Positions 52,769 to 64,000 of a DNA stretch of 64,000 nt are shown here, piece after piece. The notes beneath the pieces are model-generated. The model did not search any database, was not told where the DNA came from, and saw only the letters and a list, made by a program, of their open reading frames with translations. Positions within the stretch are counted from its first letter, which is position 1. Every line of letters starts with the position of its first letter. The translations under genes were made by a program, and so were the position numbers. This stretch comes from Octopus sinensis (Eukaryota), in contig NC_042998.1 in the NCBI RefSeq assembly GCF_006345805.1, positions 69,626,001-69,690,000 of the forward strand. The letters are read 5' to 3'.

Positions 52769-52858
52769 AATATATAATACATATATATACATATATATAT
52801 ATATATACAGATACATACAGCTTTCTCTCCGTCTCTCTCTCTCTCTCTCTCTCTCTCT

Positions 52859-52911
<53 letters not shown>
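52536..52911. repeat. Compound (TA)n low-complexity tract (similar at 15077-15163, 22980-23090, 24240-24400, 26210-26590, 51108-51365)
   Basis: Seen directly. Confidence 0.95.
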
Positions 52912-52914
<3 letters not shown>

Positions 52915-53124
52915 CACACACACACGCACATACGCATATACACACTGTGATTTTGTTTTGGTACATGAAAGGATGAAAAGGACTAAATAATTATGGCGTG
53001 GTATTTTCTGCGCCTCTTTTCATGAAAACATTGCAAGTCTGACGTGAAGCCTTTAGGTAGCGTGTGAATGATAATTGTGTGTAGGAGGACTGAAATGGAA
53101 TGAAAGCTGGTCTAATCTTTATTT

Positions 53125-53161
<37 letters not shown>

Positions 53162-53572
53162 ATGGTTAGAAGTAACTTGAAGCAAGCCGTTAATGTATAG
53201 CAGGAATAATGCAGGAATAATGTGCAAGATAAACTCGACACTAAGGCATTCCAGAGATGATGCAATATAGGTGAGGGTGAGAAAATCGGTGATGCATACT
53301 GTCATAGAGCATCTGATCAAAAACATGAGGATTAGTGAAACTCAAATTCATTAACAGTTAGCGGCAAGGTTCCTTTAGCATCAGAAAATAGTTTGGTCAT
53401 GGAATATTGTATAGTTTCTGATGAAAGTGTAGTATAAGTGTATTAAGTTTTCTATTATATGCCACCATTAATATAGCTTCTGCGACCAATCTTCTAATTA
53501 TTTAGAGAATTATAATGTTTCTTTTAATCTAGTTATATTATGTGTTCTGTAATGTATTGTATCACAATATCT

Positions 53573-54265
53573 ATTGTCGTCGATGCATAGTCAGACAGAG
53601 ATAAAGTGTGGTACAAGTATGCCCAAAGTAAGAGACACTGTCACGAAGTTTACAACTTTCGTGTTTGGTATCTAAATTTGTAAATTACATTAGTCATCTA
53701 GTTTATTTTGTAGTTTACAAGCTTGTGGTATGTTGTTGACGAGAAGATTTTTAATTATGGAGTTTTTATTGCACTGCTATTTCGTGATTGGATGTAATGC
53801 ATGTTATGTTCTGTTTGATGAGTTTTTTGATAACATGTTCATCTATTAATTTGGTTCATGTAATATTCTTTATTATTATTATGTGTGGTTTGTTTTGATT
53901 GGCTGTTGTGTCGCATATTTATTGTATTGAATTTGTTACTGCATTGTTCTAGACTTTGGTCAACTAAATTATTGGATCATCTTTTGTTGACTTGCGTTTG
54001 TTTTATTTCTTTTTCTTGTGTTTGTTTTTAGAGGGAGAATCTAGAAGTTGTCCTTTGTAGAAATTTTATAACTGCTATTTTATATCAATCTATGTGGACA
54101 CTCACAATTTCCATACATTTTTAGTCATTTATTGGTAATCTTACTGCATACTAATGTAATATATGTGTTGATTTCTTATTCCTGTATTTACAACTTGTTA
54201 CAGATCTTGCTGAAGTGACTGAAATATTTGCCCGAGATATGTTGGCCTTCATAGAGGGTAACAAA
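53573..54265 (-). mobile_element. Penelope-like fragment, copy 2 of the 694-bp pair
   Basis: Direct repeat of 35354-36047, about 18.2 kb away. Confidence 0.6.
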
Positions 54266-54600
54266 GATATTTTCGAAGTATTCATACATTTTTTTCAAAT
54301 ACAAACATACATATGCATTTGTGTGCAGATACAAAAGCATGTATTATTTCGTAGAAAAAAATTACTTTTGAAAAGAAAATTTTTTTTTCTAAAATATTCC
54401 TTTTCCCAAAATAAACAACGAAAAACATTATTTTTGGAAAAATATTCACTTTTCAGGAGACCCTCCAATATCAATTTTTCTCAAACAATCCAGCTAAAAT
54501 TAATTATAATTTAATTTATAAAAAAAACAGACTCAAATTTGAAGTCTGCTATGTGCCATGAACAAAATCCTCGGCCCTCGAGTTACTTTGTAACTTCTAC

Positions 54601-54635
<35 letters not shown>

Positions 54636-54850
54636 GGTTTTAAGTTTTGGCACAAGACCAGCAATTTCGGAGGAGGAGGTAGTCGATTACATCGACCCCA
54701 GTGCTCAACTAGGCTTTTATTTTATCGAAAAGACGAATGGTAAAGTCAACCTTTGCGGAATTTGAACTCAGAGCATAAAAACGGACGAAATGCCGCCAAG
54801 CATTTTCTCCGGTGTTCTAAGCATTCTGCCAGCTCACTGTCTTAATAATG

Positions 54851-54906
<56 letters not shown>

Positions 54907-54955
54907 TATTATTATTATAATTATAATAATAATAAAAATGATGATGATGATGTTA

Positions 54956-56381
54956 TGATGGAGTTTGGACTCTCAAAATGTGCTACAATGGTGATAAGAC
55001 GAGGAGGGCTTGCCAGGACAGAAGGCATATGGTTTCCAAATGGTGAAATGATGAAGGCAATTCAACCTCAATCCAGCTATAAATACCTGGGAATACTTGA
55101 GGCAGATGGAATCAAACACCAAGACATGAAGGAAAAGACAAAAGGAGAGTACCTGCGGCGAGTGAGAAAAATATTGGCTTCAAAGCCAATTTCGGTAATA
55201 AACTCGAGCTCAGTCGCAGTAGTTCGGTATGGCGCTGGAATCCTAAAGTGGACAGAGGAGGAGCTAAAGGAGATGGACAGGAAGTCAAGGAAGCTCCTAA
55301 CGATGCATGGAGCCTATCATGCACATGCAGACACTGATCGTCTATACATGAAGAGAGGAAATGAAGGAAGGGGACTGATAAGTGTGGAAGACTGTGTGCA
55401 TATTGAACTCGAGAGCTTAATGAGATACCTATCCCAAAGGAAAACTTGCTAGTGACAGTTAGGAAAGAGGGAGTCTGGAGAGCAGAGAAAAAAGGGAAAA
55501 CAAAGGAAGAAGTGCAAAAAGGACATGAAGAAGAATTATGCACGAAGGGACTACACAATCAATTCCATGAAGCCACAACAGAAGTTGCAGGAAAAAATAG
55601 GTGTGTTTGGCTGATGAAAGGAATACTAGAAAAAGAGAACGAGAGCACTATACTGGCAGCGCAGGACCAAGCTCTGGCCACGAACTAGAGGGTTAACCTG
55701 AGGAATGAGTGTCTCTGTCGTGCCGCATCAGCAACAGAATGGATGAAACCATTGCCCATATCACGAACGAATACCCTAGACTTGCCCCAAACCACAAGTT
55801 GTGGCGATACAACCAGGCAGCGAAAGTGTTACATTGGAAACTGTGCGAAAAGTGGGGGCTAAAGAGAGGCAAGACATAGTATGAGCAGAAACCGTAGAGA
55901 GTGGCAGAGTCGAAGACTAGCAAAATCCTCTGGGATTTCCCAATCCAAACAGATCAGGTGCTAGAGCATAACAGACTGGAGCTAGTTGTGGTGGACAAGG
56001 TGCACCGCATGTGCTATATAGTTGACATTGCATGCTCCTTTGACCCATGAATAGTCAAGAAGGAAGTCGAAAAGATAGATACAACTCTCTTAAGTACGAA
56101 ATAGCCCGGCGATGGAAAATGAAGGTGAAAATAATGCCAATTATTGTCGGGTCCTTGGGAACAGTATCAGAAGGCATAAAGAAGAATACAAAGGAAATTG
56201 GAATAGAGTGCCCAGTAGAACTGTTACAAAAGTTTTGCCTCCTTGGCATGGCCAGAATAATCAGGAAAGTATTAGACAGCCGAAAATAACGAATAGCATG
56301 GTACCGTAGGCTGCAGGCAGTAAGCCCACTTACGCATGCAAGACTCCAGGAGCTCCAACAAAACCTGTGATCAAGAAAAAA
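54956..56381 (+). mobile_element. 5'-truncated R4/Dong-like LINE, second TAA-associated family
   Basis: MEFGLSKCA, YKYLGILEAD, VVRYGAGILKWT..EL..MDRKSRKLL, DRLYMKR..GRGLISVEDC, ESTILAAQDQALATN and PIIVGSLG. Preceded by (AAT)n/(GAT)n at 54843-54955 and followed by TAA-like repeats. Confidence 0.85.
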
Positions 56382-56418
56382 TAGTAATAATGATAATCAT
56401 AAAAGTAATACATATATT

Positions 56419-57339
56419 AGGCGCAGGCGTGGCTGTGTGGTAACAAGCTTGCTTACCAACCACATGGCTCCGGGTTCAGTCCCACTGCGTGACACCTTTG
56501 GCAAGTGTCTTCTACTATGGCTTCGGGCCGACCAATGCCTTGTGAGTGGATTTGGTAGACGGAAACTGGAAAAAGTCCGTCGTATACATACAGGGTGCGG
56601 TGTATAAATTACGCAAAAACGGAAATAATACTGACATCTCATTTTAACAAATATATTTACCAAAATTTTATAAAGATATCTAGAAATACTAGAGTAAATT
56701 TATTCAAGAAAATAGCCATTGGCTTCAACCACGGCCTCCAGAAGACCTCTAAATCCCTTGCAACTCTTCTGGATGGTCATCTTGTTTAAGTTGGTGAATG
56801 CTGCCATAATCCTTGCCTTCAGTTCATCTTTGGTGTTACAAGGAGTTTTGTTGGTCTCTCACTTAACTGCGCCCCACACAATAATCAAGGGTGTTGCAGT
56901 CTGCTGGAGTTAGGTGGCCAGATGTTAGCGGTGATGTGGTTGCAGAAATTGTCTGGCAATCATGACTGGGTTCTCCTGCTTGTATGATATGGTGCAGATT
57001 CCTGTTGCCAGGCATAGGGTCATCCAGTATATTTGATTTTTATCAATCTCAGTACATGTCCTCAGATTGCACTGTACTCAGATTGACACCCAAACACTCT
57101 GAAATGTTGGTATTGGAGCTTCTGGCGCGAAAGCCAAGCAGTACAGCATGACGTTTCCAAATTTCTTTGCAGAGTGAACTGCGTCATGGTGCTGTTTTTC
57201 TCGCAGACGGTGCGCAACTGACCCTACTATACTGTGTAGTCGACAAAATTAAAAACAAAATGCGCAGGCACAAAAGGAAAAACATAAAAGGGTGACACAC
57301 ACACACTCACACACACATACACTCACAAACACACACGTG

Positions 57340-57370
<31 letters not shown>

Positions 57371-57375
57371 GCACA

Positions 57376-57406
<31 letters not shown>

Positions 57407-57613
57407 CGTATATATTTGTGTATCGTATCTGTATCGGTCACCTACCGCCATCGCTTGTCAACCGATGCTAGTGTGTTTATGCCCTTGTAACCTAGCGGTT
57501 CGGCAAAAGAACCAATAGAATAAGTATTACGTTTACAAAGAATAAGTCCTGGTTCGATTTCCTCGATTTGACTGCATGGCTGCAGTCAAATCACTGAAAC
57601 AAGTAAAAGAATA
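56419..57613 (+). mobile_element. SINE family B split by a DNA transposon (head 56419-56584, tail 57440-57613)
   Basis: The head and tail are collinear halves of the family B consensus, with the Tc1-like element between them. Confidence 0.75.
56591..57295 (-). mobile_element. Decayed Tc1/mariner (DD37D, maT-like) transposon
   Basis: TA|CAGGGTG left end. Minus strand WQQESAPYHTSRRTQS.LPDNFCNHITANIWPPNS.DCNTLDY..WGAV gives 37 residues between the second and third catalytic positions after correcting a frameshift. Confidence 0.8.
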
Positions 57614-57700
57614 TATATGAATAGGTAGATAATTAGAGATATATAGATAAATAGGTAGGTAGATAGATAGATAGGCAGATAGATATATAGATAGGGTGAC

Positions 57701-57744
<44 letters not shown>

Positions 57745-57745
<1 letters not shown>

Positions 57746-59980
57746 TGTTTCTTTATTAGCCACACAGGGCTGTACACAGATAGAACAAATTACAAGGTAG
57801 AGCTTTTCTTTTGAAGGTTTAAAAAAAAAAAAAAAAGGAAGGGGGAGTTTCGATCAAAAGGACCGTAAAAGGAGAGAAAGAGGACAAAAAAAGGGGGGTT
57901 AAAAAAAAAGGGGGAGAGGAAAAAAAAAATTGATCAATAGGGATCGTTATCACAGAAATGTCAATATGAAGTGTAAAGGGGAGGACAGGTGAGGTTTACC
58001 CGTGGAAAGAAAAGCCTACGGAAAAGACCACGGTAACCTCGGTCAATGGAGTCACATGTTATATTTCTTTTTTTTTTTTTTCTGGGTTCATAGGATCATG
58101 CTCAAGGTGGCTTCGTCATTCATACGTGCCATTCTTGCTACATTCACCCATCTTTTTTTAAAACATTCGCTAGACAAAACTTGCCTCTCTACTCTCACTT
58201 TCCTTTTCAAGTGGTACTTGAAGAAGTTGATGAGAGATTGACCAGAGAGGAAAGTGTTTGTCTCCAATCCTTTCAGACGCGTCCACCAGATACATTCCTT
58301 CGCCATAGCCACAAGGATGATGAAAATAGCTCTTCCTTCCCGTTTGAAGGAGGGAGGCGTGACAATATTGACGATAGACTCAGCTGATAAACCGACTCGT
58401 CCCACACGTGACAGCAGTTGTTCGACATAAGCCCACAGGTCGGAAATTGTTGGACACTGCACGAGTGCGTGCAGAACGGTTTCGTCGCTCTGCCCGCATC
58501 TCGGGCAGGTCGGCCCCGTGTTTCTCGAGCCGTGTCTGTAGAGCTTATCCCGAACGGGTAGCGCTTCTCGGTAGCACTGCCAGGCCAGGGATCTCTGGAA
58601 GTTGTCCATGGGCCCTGGCCCGAAAGTCGTCCTGAACAGGCGGGTCAGGTACTCCTCGTCGACGTCCAGGTTCGCCCCGAGCTCGTCGTCGTACCTCCCC
58701 TCCACTAAACCCCTATAGAATGCTTTGGTTGTGTTGAAGTCACTCACGGTCGACCCAGGACGGCAGAGTTGCTTGAGAGCAACGCGACACTCGCGGTGCC
58801 ATTCGCCCTTCTTCGGCCTCTTTTTGATCCACGACTGCAGTTCGGTCATGGAGACGAGCTGCGGGAAAGCGTGCCTCACAAACGGCGACCACACCTGTTC
58901 ACCGTCGTCTACATAGAGCCAGAGATGTCGCAGTCTCAGCGCGTGTCTGCGCATCATCAACCACGGCATGCCCAGCCCTCCTTTTAACGGGTGTTGACAG
59001 CAAATGGATCGCCTGACCATCGGGACGCATCCTTTCCACAAGAAGCGAAAGAGAATGCGTTGTAGTTTGGTGATGGTAGGGTCGGGATAAGGTACGACGG
59101 TCAGGCGGTAGTAGATGACGGACGCGATGTACGTGTTCGCCACCTCTGCCCGACCTTTTAGGGACAGTTTCCTCTCGGCCCATTGCCGGGCGAGAGTGAC
59201 CACCCTACTCGTTATCTCGTTCCAGTTCTTCTCCACTTGGAGGTCCGGACCAAACCAGACCCCGAGCAACTCAACCGGGCCGTCGGTCCAGCGTCCCACG
59301 ACGGAGGCGCTGGTGGACGGCATGGGCTTGCTTCTCCAGGTGCCTAGTCGCAAGCCCACTGACTTTTCCGGTTGATTTTCGCTCCTGTCACCGCTTCGTA
59401 GTTTTTCAGTGTCTCGCCGACCTGCTCGATGTGCTCGTGGCTAGACACTATGACGGTGACGTCGTCCGCGTATGCAGACACGCTCGTCCCGCATCCCAGT
59501 TCTCGCGGGATGCCTCTCAAGGTTGCCAGCTTCCGCAATAATGGCTCGAGAGTCAATACGTATAGAAGCGACGAGAGGGGGCATCCCTGACGGACCGAAC
59601 GTGCGATGTCGAAGGGTCTCGATAGATGTCCATTCACGCGAATTACCGAACGGATGCCTCTGTACAAAGCGGCTATCCAGCCGCGGAAGACGGGACCGAA
59701 GCCAGCCCCTCCGAGGACCGCCTCCAAGTATCGATGGTCCACCCTATCGAAAGCTTTCGATTGATCCAAATTGATCAGCGCCCCACCCATGCCAGGTTCG
59801 TTAACTACCCTGTCTATGATGTAGTGCATCAGGTGGAGGTTGTCATGGATGGTCCGGCTTGGCACGGCGCATGTTTGCGCCCTGTCGACCAGTTTCTCGA
59901 TGACAAGCGCCAACCTCTTGGCTAGCACCTTGGCCAAAATTTTCAAGTCTGCATTAAGCAGAGTGATGGGCCTAAAGTTA
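57745..59980 (-). mobile_element. 5'-truncated Tx1/L1-clade non-LTR retrotransposon (RT + C-terminal CCHC/zf-RVT region, 3' UTR, (ATCT)n tail)
   Basis: RT motifs FRPITLLNADLKILAKVLA, LDQSKAFDRVDH, SVRQGCPLS and AYADD (ORF 59344..60177), continuing after one frameshift near 59368 into ORF 58088..59359 with CPRC...ETVLHALVQC. The 3' UTR has AATAAA (57752-57757, minus strand) followed by (ATCT)n. Visibly GC-rich relative to its flanks. Confidence 0.92.
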
Positions 59981-60489
59981 TAGATAGATAGAGTGAGAGA
60001 GAGAGAGAGAGAGAGATAGAGAGAGGAAAAGATGAGCCAATGAATAAATGGTCTTTTAAGGTTGCTATTATGTGTCAGCGGGACTTCATATTGTTTCATA
60101 ATATAACATAACTTAGACGAAGATAATGCTTGACTACTTATATCATTATAGTATTTTATATTCGCATAATGATACATACATACATACTACTTCATGCTGT
60201 AATAATATAGCGAAACTAAGAGTATCTTTTTACTCTTCTATTTTTTATATATACCATATATCGCATGTATGTATGTATGTATGTATGTATGTATGTATGT
60301 ATGTATGTATGTATGTATGCATGTATGTATGTATGCATGTATGTATGTATGTTAATATGTATGTTAGCATGTAAGTATATATATATATATATATATATAC
60401 ACATGTATATATATATGTATGTATATATATGTATATATATGTATATATTCATATATATATATATATAAATGAATATATACATATATATG

Positions 60490-60541
<52 letters not shown>

Positions 60542-61200
60542 TACACACACATACATATTCTTTCACTCTTTTACATAAACACACCAACACCTGTTGTCAA
60601 GCGGTGATGGGGAAACAAACAAGCACAAAGATACACATATATAGATATTTACCGATATATACAGCTTATATGAGAAGGGTAGAGGGAAAAAAAGGAGAAG
60701 AGAGAGAAAGAGATAAAGAAGGAAATATGTGTGGCTGTGTGTATTTGAAGCTATATGTATGTGTGTGTGCATGTGTCTGTGAATATGCGTGCGCGCGCAG
60801 TATGGTGCATTTTGAGTTAAATGTTAAAGAAATGAGGGTGGATATAAAATAACATTTTTACAGAATATTCTCATTCAGTGGGAGCCATAGGATACATGAA
60901 GCTCTGTAAAAGATTTCAATCTTAGCTCTCGACATAAAACCTGAGTTAAAGGTTTAAAGTTTTTATAGTAAATGGGGCAGGGGAAGTAATAGTGCCCTGT
61001 TGTGATTATTAGACTATTGTATACATACATGAATACGCTAGCAAGCAAATACAAGCACACACAGATTTACAACTGCTCACACACACACACACACACGCAC
61101 GCACACACACACACGCGCGCGCGCGCACACACACACACACACACACAGATACACACACATGTACACGCACGCGGACATCCATACATATATGCAACCACGA

Positions 61201-61431
61201 AGGCGGCGAGGTGGCAGAAACGTTAGCACGCCGGGCGAAATGCGTAGCCGTATTTCGTCTGCCGTTACGTTCTAAGTTCAAATTCCGCCGAGGTCGACTT
61301 TGCCTTTCATCCTTTTGGGGTCGATAAATTAAGTACCAGTTACGTACTGGGGTCGATGTAATCAACTTAATCTGTTTGTCTGTCCTTGTTTGTCCTCCCT
61401 GTGTTTAGCCCCCTGTGGGTAGTGAAGAAAT
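61201..61431 (+). mobile_element. SINE family A, full length, 15-bp TSD
   Basis: TSD ATATATGCAACCACG at 61185-61199 and 61432-61446. Confidence 0.92.
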
Positions 61432-61616
61432 ATATATGCAACCACGTACCTATACGCACACACATATACACTCATATAGACTTATTGTGTATACATAGAT
61501 ACTGACACGCACAATGCGTATATTTTTACGTACAAGAATTTTATATATCATTTCTGTATTATACTTCATGTATATACACCGTTGATAGGCCAGTTATTGT
61601 GGTATTTGCATTTACA

Positions 61617-61823
61617 AACGTTAGCACGTCGGGTATTTCGGTATTTCGGCTGCCGTTACGTTGTGAGTTCAAATTCCGCCGAGGTCGACTTTGCCTTTCA
61701 TCCTTTCGGGGTCGATAAATTAAGTACCAGTTACGCACTGGGGTCGATGTATTCGACTTAATACCTATGTCTGTCCTTGTTTGTCCCCTCTATGTTTAGC
61801 CTCTTGTGGGTAATAAAGAAATA
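61617..61823 (+). mobile_element. SINE family A, 5'-truncated, 16-bp TSD
   Basis: TSD GGTATTTGCATTTACA at 61601-61616 and 61824-61839. Confidence 0.92.
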
Positions 61824-64000
61824 GGTATTTGCATTTACAGGATATTTATTCAGTTGGGTGGCAATTCGCAACATCAGTTAATGTTTTATTCGTTGTTTTC
61901 TTCATCAGAGGCGACGAATCTCGTCTAAGCATGTGGCTGGCTGCTAGAGTGTGTCATTGAAAAGGCTTCAAAAGACTAAAATGCATCCATTTTCTTCATC
62001 ATCTTAGAAACATTAGAACTGAGATCCCTCAACTGCTATTTATCTGTGGCAAGTATCCTACCTCAAAATGAAGGCACACATTTGGGTGTTTCTATATTCT
62101 ACAAAAAACAGAAAAGTAATTGAAGAGTTTAGTTAGACTGGGAGCGAATAGAGTAAACGATAAATATGTTTACATTGCAATGGATTTTTTTGTTGTTGCA
62201 TACATTTATAAATGAATGTCTCTTAGTTACATCAGATATCATGGTTAGAGTGATATCATGGTTATTATGGCTACAGTGTTGATATCATTAGTCGGTATTA
62301 CTTTCTGTAAACCATTTAACAGTGGAGTCAGGACATTACCTTATGAGATATAATGCTGTGTGTGTTTGTGTTTGTGTGTGAGTGTGTGTGTGGTGGCATA
62401 AATGAATGCATCTCTATATATGGTAGTAGTGGTGATGGTATTGAAATGTAGCTAGGTTAGAAGAAGGGAGTTGTGTTACTGGCATTTCGGACGTGGTGGT
62501 CATGGTGATTGTAGTGGTTGTGGTGCGGGACTTAGTGGGGACGACAGGAAGGAGTGGTGGTAGTAGGAGTACTGTGGTTGTTATGCGGTAGTTTTATACT
62601 TAATGATGGATGGTTTGAAATGACAATTAATGATGATTAATGACGACGACTACGATGATGATGATGATGATTAGGATGAAGATTGTGGTGATGATCATGG
62701 TTGTATTGTGGATGATGGTGGAGATCTGATAAAAATAAAGATTTTAATCATGATGCTGATGGTGATAATTATTTTGCTAATGATGGTGGTGTTGGCGATG
62801 ATGATGATGATGATGATGATGATGATAATAATGATGGTGTGGTGCTGATGATGGCAGGGACGTTGATGATTATGATGATAACGACGACGACGACGATGGT
62901 GACAATGGTTTTGGTGATTGAATTGTTGATAATTGTAATGGTGGTGGTGGATGTGGTGGTGGTGGTGATGATGATGATGATGGTAGTAGTGGTAGAGGTG
63001 CTTTTGATGGCGATAGTACTATAATAAGGATGATGACGATGATGATGATGATCAAGATAATAGTGTTAAATGTATTTCATCAGCAACTTTCCGCTACTAA
63101 TTGACTTACTGTGTCGATACGAACAGTGTCTCTCATGAAACTCACCTTTAATCTCTCTCTCTGTCTCTCCTCTCTTTCCTTTCTTTTCCTCCTCCTTCTC
63201 CCTCCCATATCACCACGCTACTCCACAATACTATTAGTAACTTCCGGTTACCAAGACGTCTGCACTTAGTTCAACTCAAATGATGCCCACTGCCATTAAT
63301 CTTCATGACGTAACAAGCTTTCGTCTCGTTTCTCCTGACAGAAAAATTAACTTCAGAAAACTGAATCTCTCGTCAGATTTTCCACATGATTCACTCCACT
63401 CGTCGCCGCCCAGACCACATTTCACCCACACCCTTTTTATCCCCACTGATCCCTACTATTAGTAGTACTATTTAAAGTGTAGTAGCAAAGGTTTTAATGT
63501 GGCGAATATTTGTTTACGATGCACGGTTTTGGTAGTCGTTTCGTTTCCGATTGTATTTAATTGTAGTAAATGTAATGAATATAGTCTGAAGCAGACGACT
63601 GCTTGTAGCATACGTTCACATGCTTGTTACTGACATTTTATTGTAATAAATGCATGATAGTAGCAAATGCTAGATATGTGGTTGTAGCAAATGCTTGAGC
63701 ATAGAAGTCAATTAAAGCTATTTTTATAGTATCCTATTATTAATATGTAAACGTATCCGATTGACATTTGTTGCATGTGGTATCCATCTGACAGATATAC
63801 GACATGCTTTTATGCTAATGTGATTGTAGAATTGCACGAACGTTGCATGTTTGAATGTAAATAGGACTATTTAAGTTCGACATCAAGAGCAGTTTTATCG
63901 ATGTTCTGCTTAATGTTGTTAACTTACGTAATTATTGTAAATACACATTTTGTAGTTGGATGATTGACATCGTGGTTTTTAACCTAATAACCTAATCCGT

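Noticed and set aside
54790-55452. 220-aa ORF as an intact gene with a poly-Asn N-terminus
   Set aside because: The N-terminus is a SINE fragment plus (AAT)n; the rest is a truncated R4/Dong RT fragment with downstream frameshifts.
59344-60177. N-terminal ~65 aa of the 277-aa ORF as part of the retrotransposon protein
   Set aside because: Sequence above 59980 is flanking GA/GATA repeat and AT-rich DNA read in frame by chance; the element is 5'-truncated.

Overview
AT-rich eukaryotic DNA saturated with repeats. It is most consistent with a cephalopod (Octopus-like) intron or intergenic region; this is inferred from the SINE families and microsatellite density, not from a database search. No host protein-coding gene can be confidently called, and most ORF-track entries are translations of microsatellites. 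One convincing host gene is present, a tRNA-Asn(GTT) at 44845-44918. The rest is a patchwork of: more than 30 tRNA-derived SINE copies of several modular families; LINE fragments (a young GC-rich Tx1/L1-clade RT, three R4/Dong-like restriction-like-endonuclease elements, CR1/L2-like and RTE-like pieces); Penelope-like GIY-YIG remnants with minimal hammerhead-ribozyme motifs; Tc1/mariner and MITE-type DNA elements; and a near-perfect 759-bp tandem duplication. Three patterns stand out. (1) Different retrotransposons sit in different microsatellites (TAA, CATA, GATA). (2) One SINE family has target-site duplications that usually start at GGTAT and forms head-to-tail arrays joined at an internal GGTATTT. 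(3) Hammerhead-bearing Penelope-like termini recur in inverted (palindromic) arrangements. All family names come from motif recognition by eye and need confirmation.
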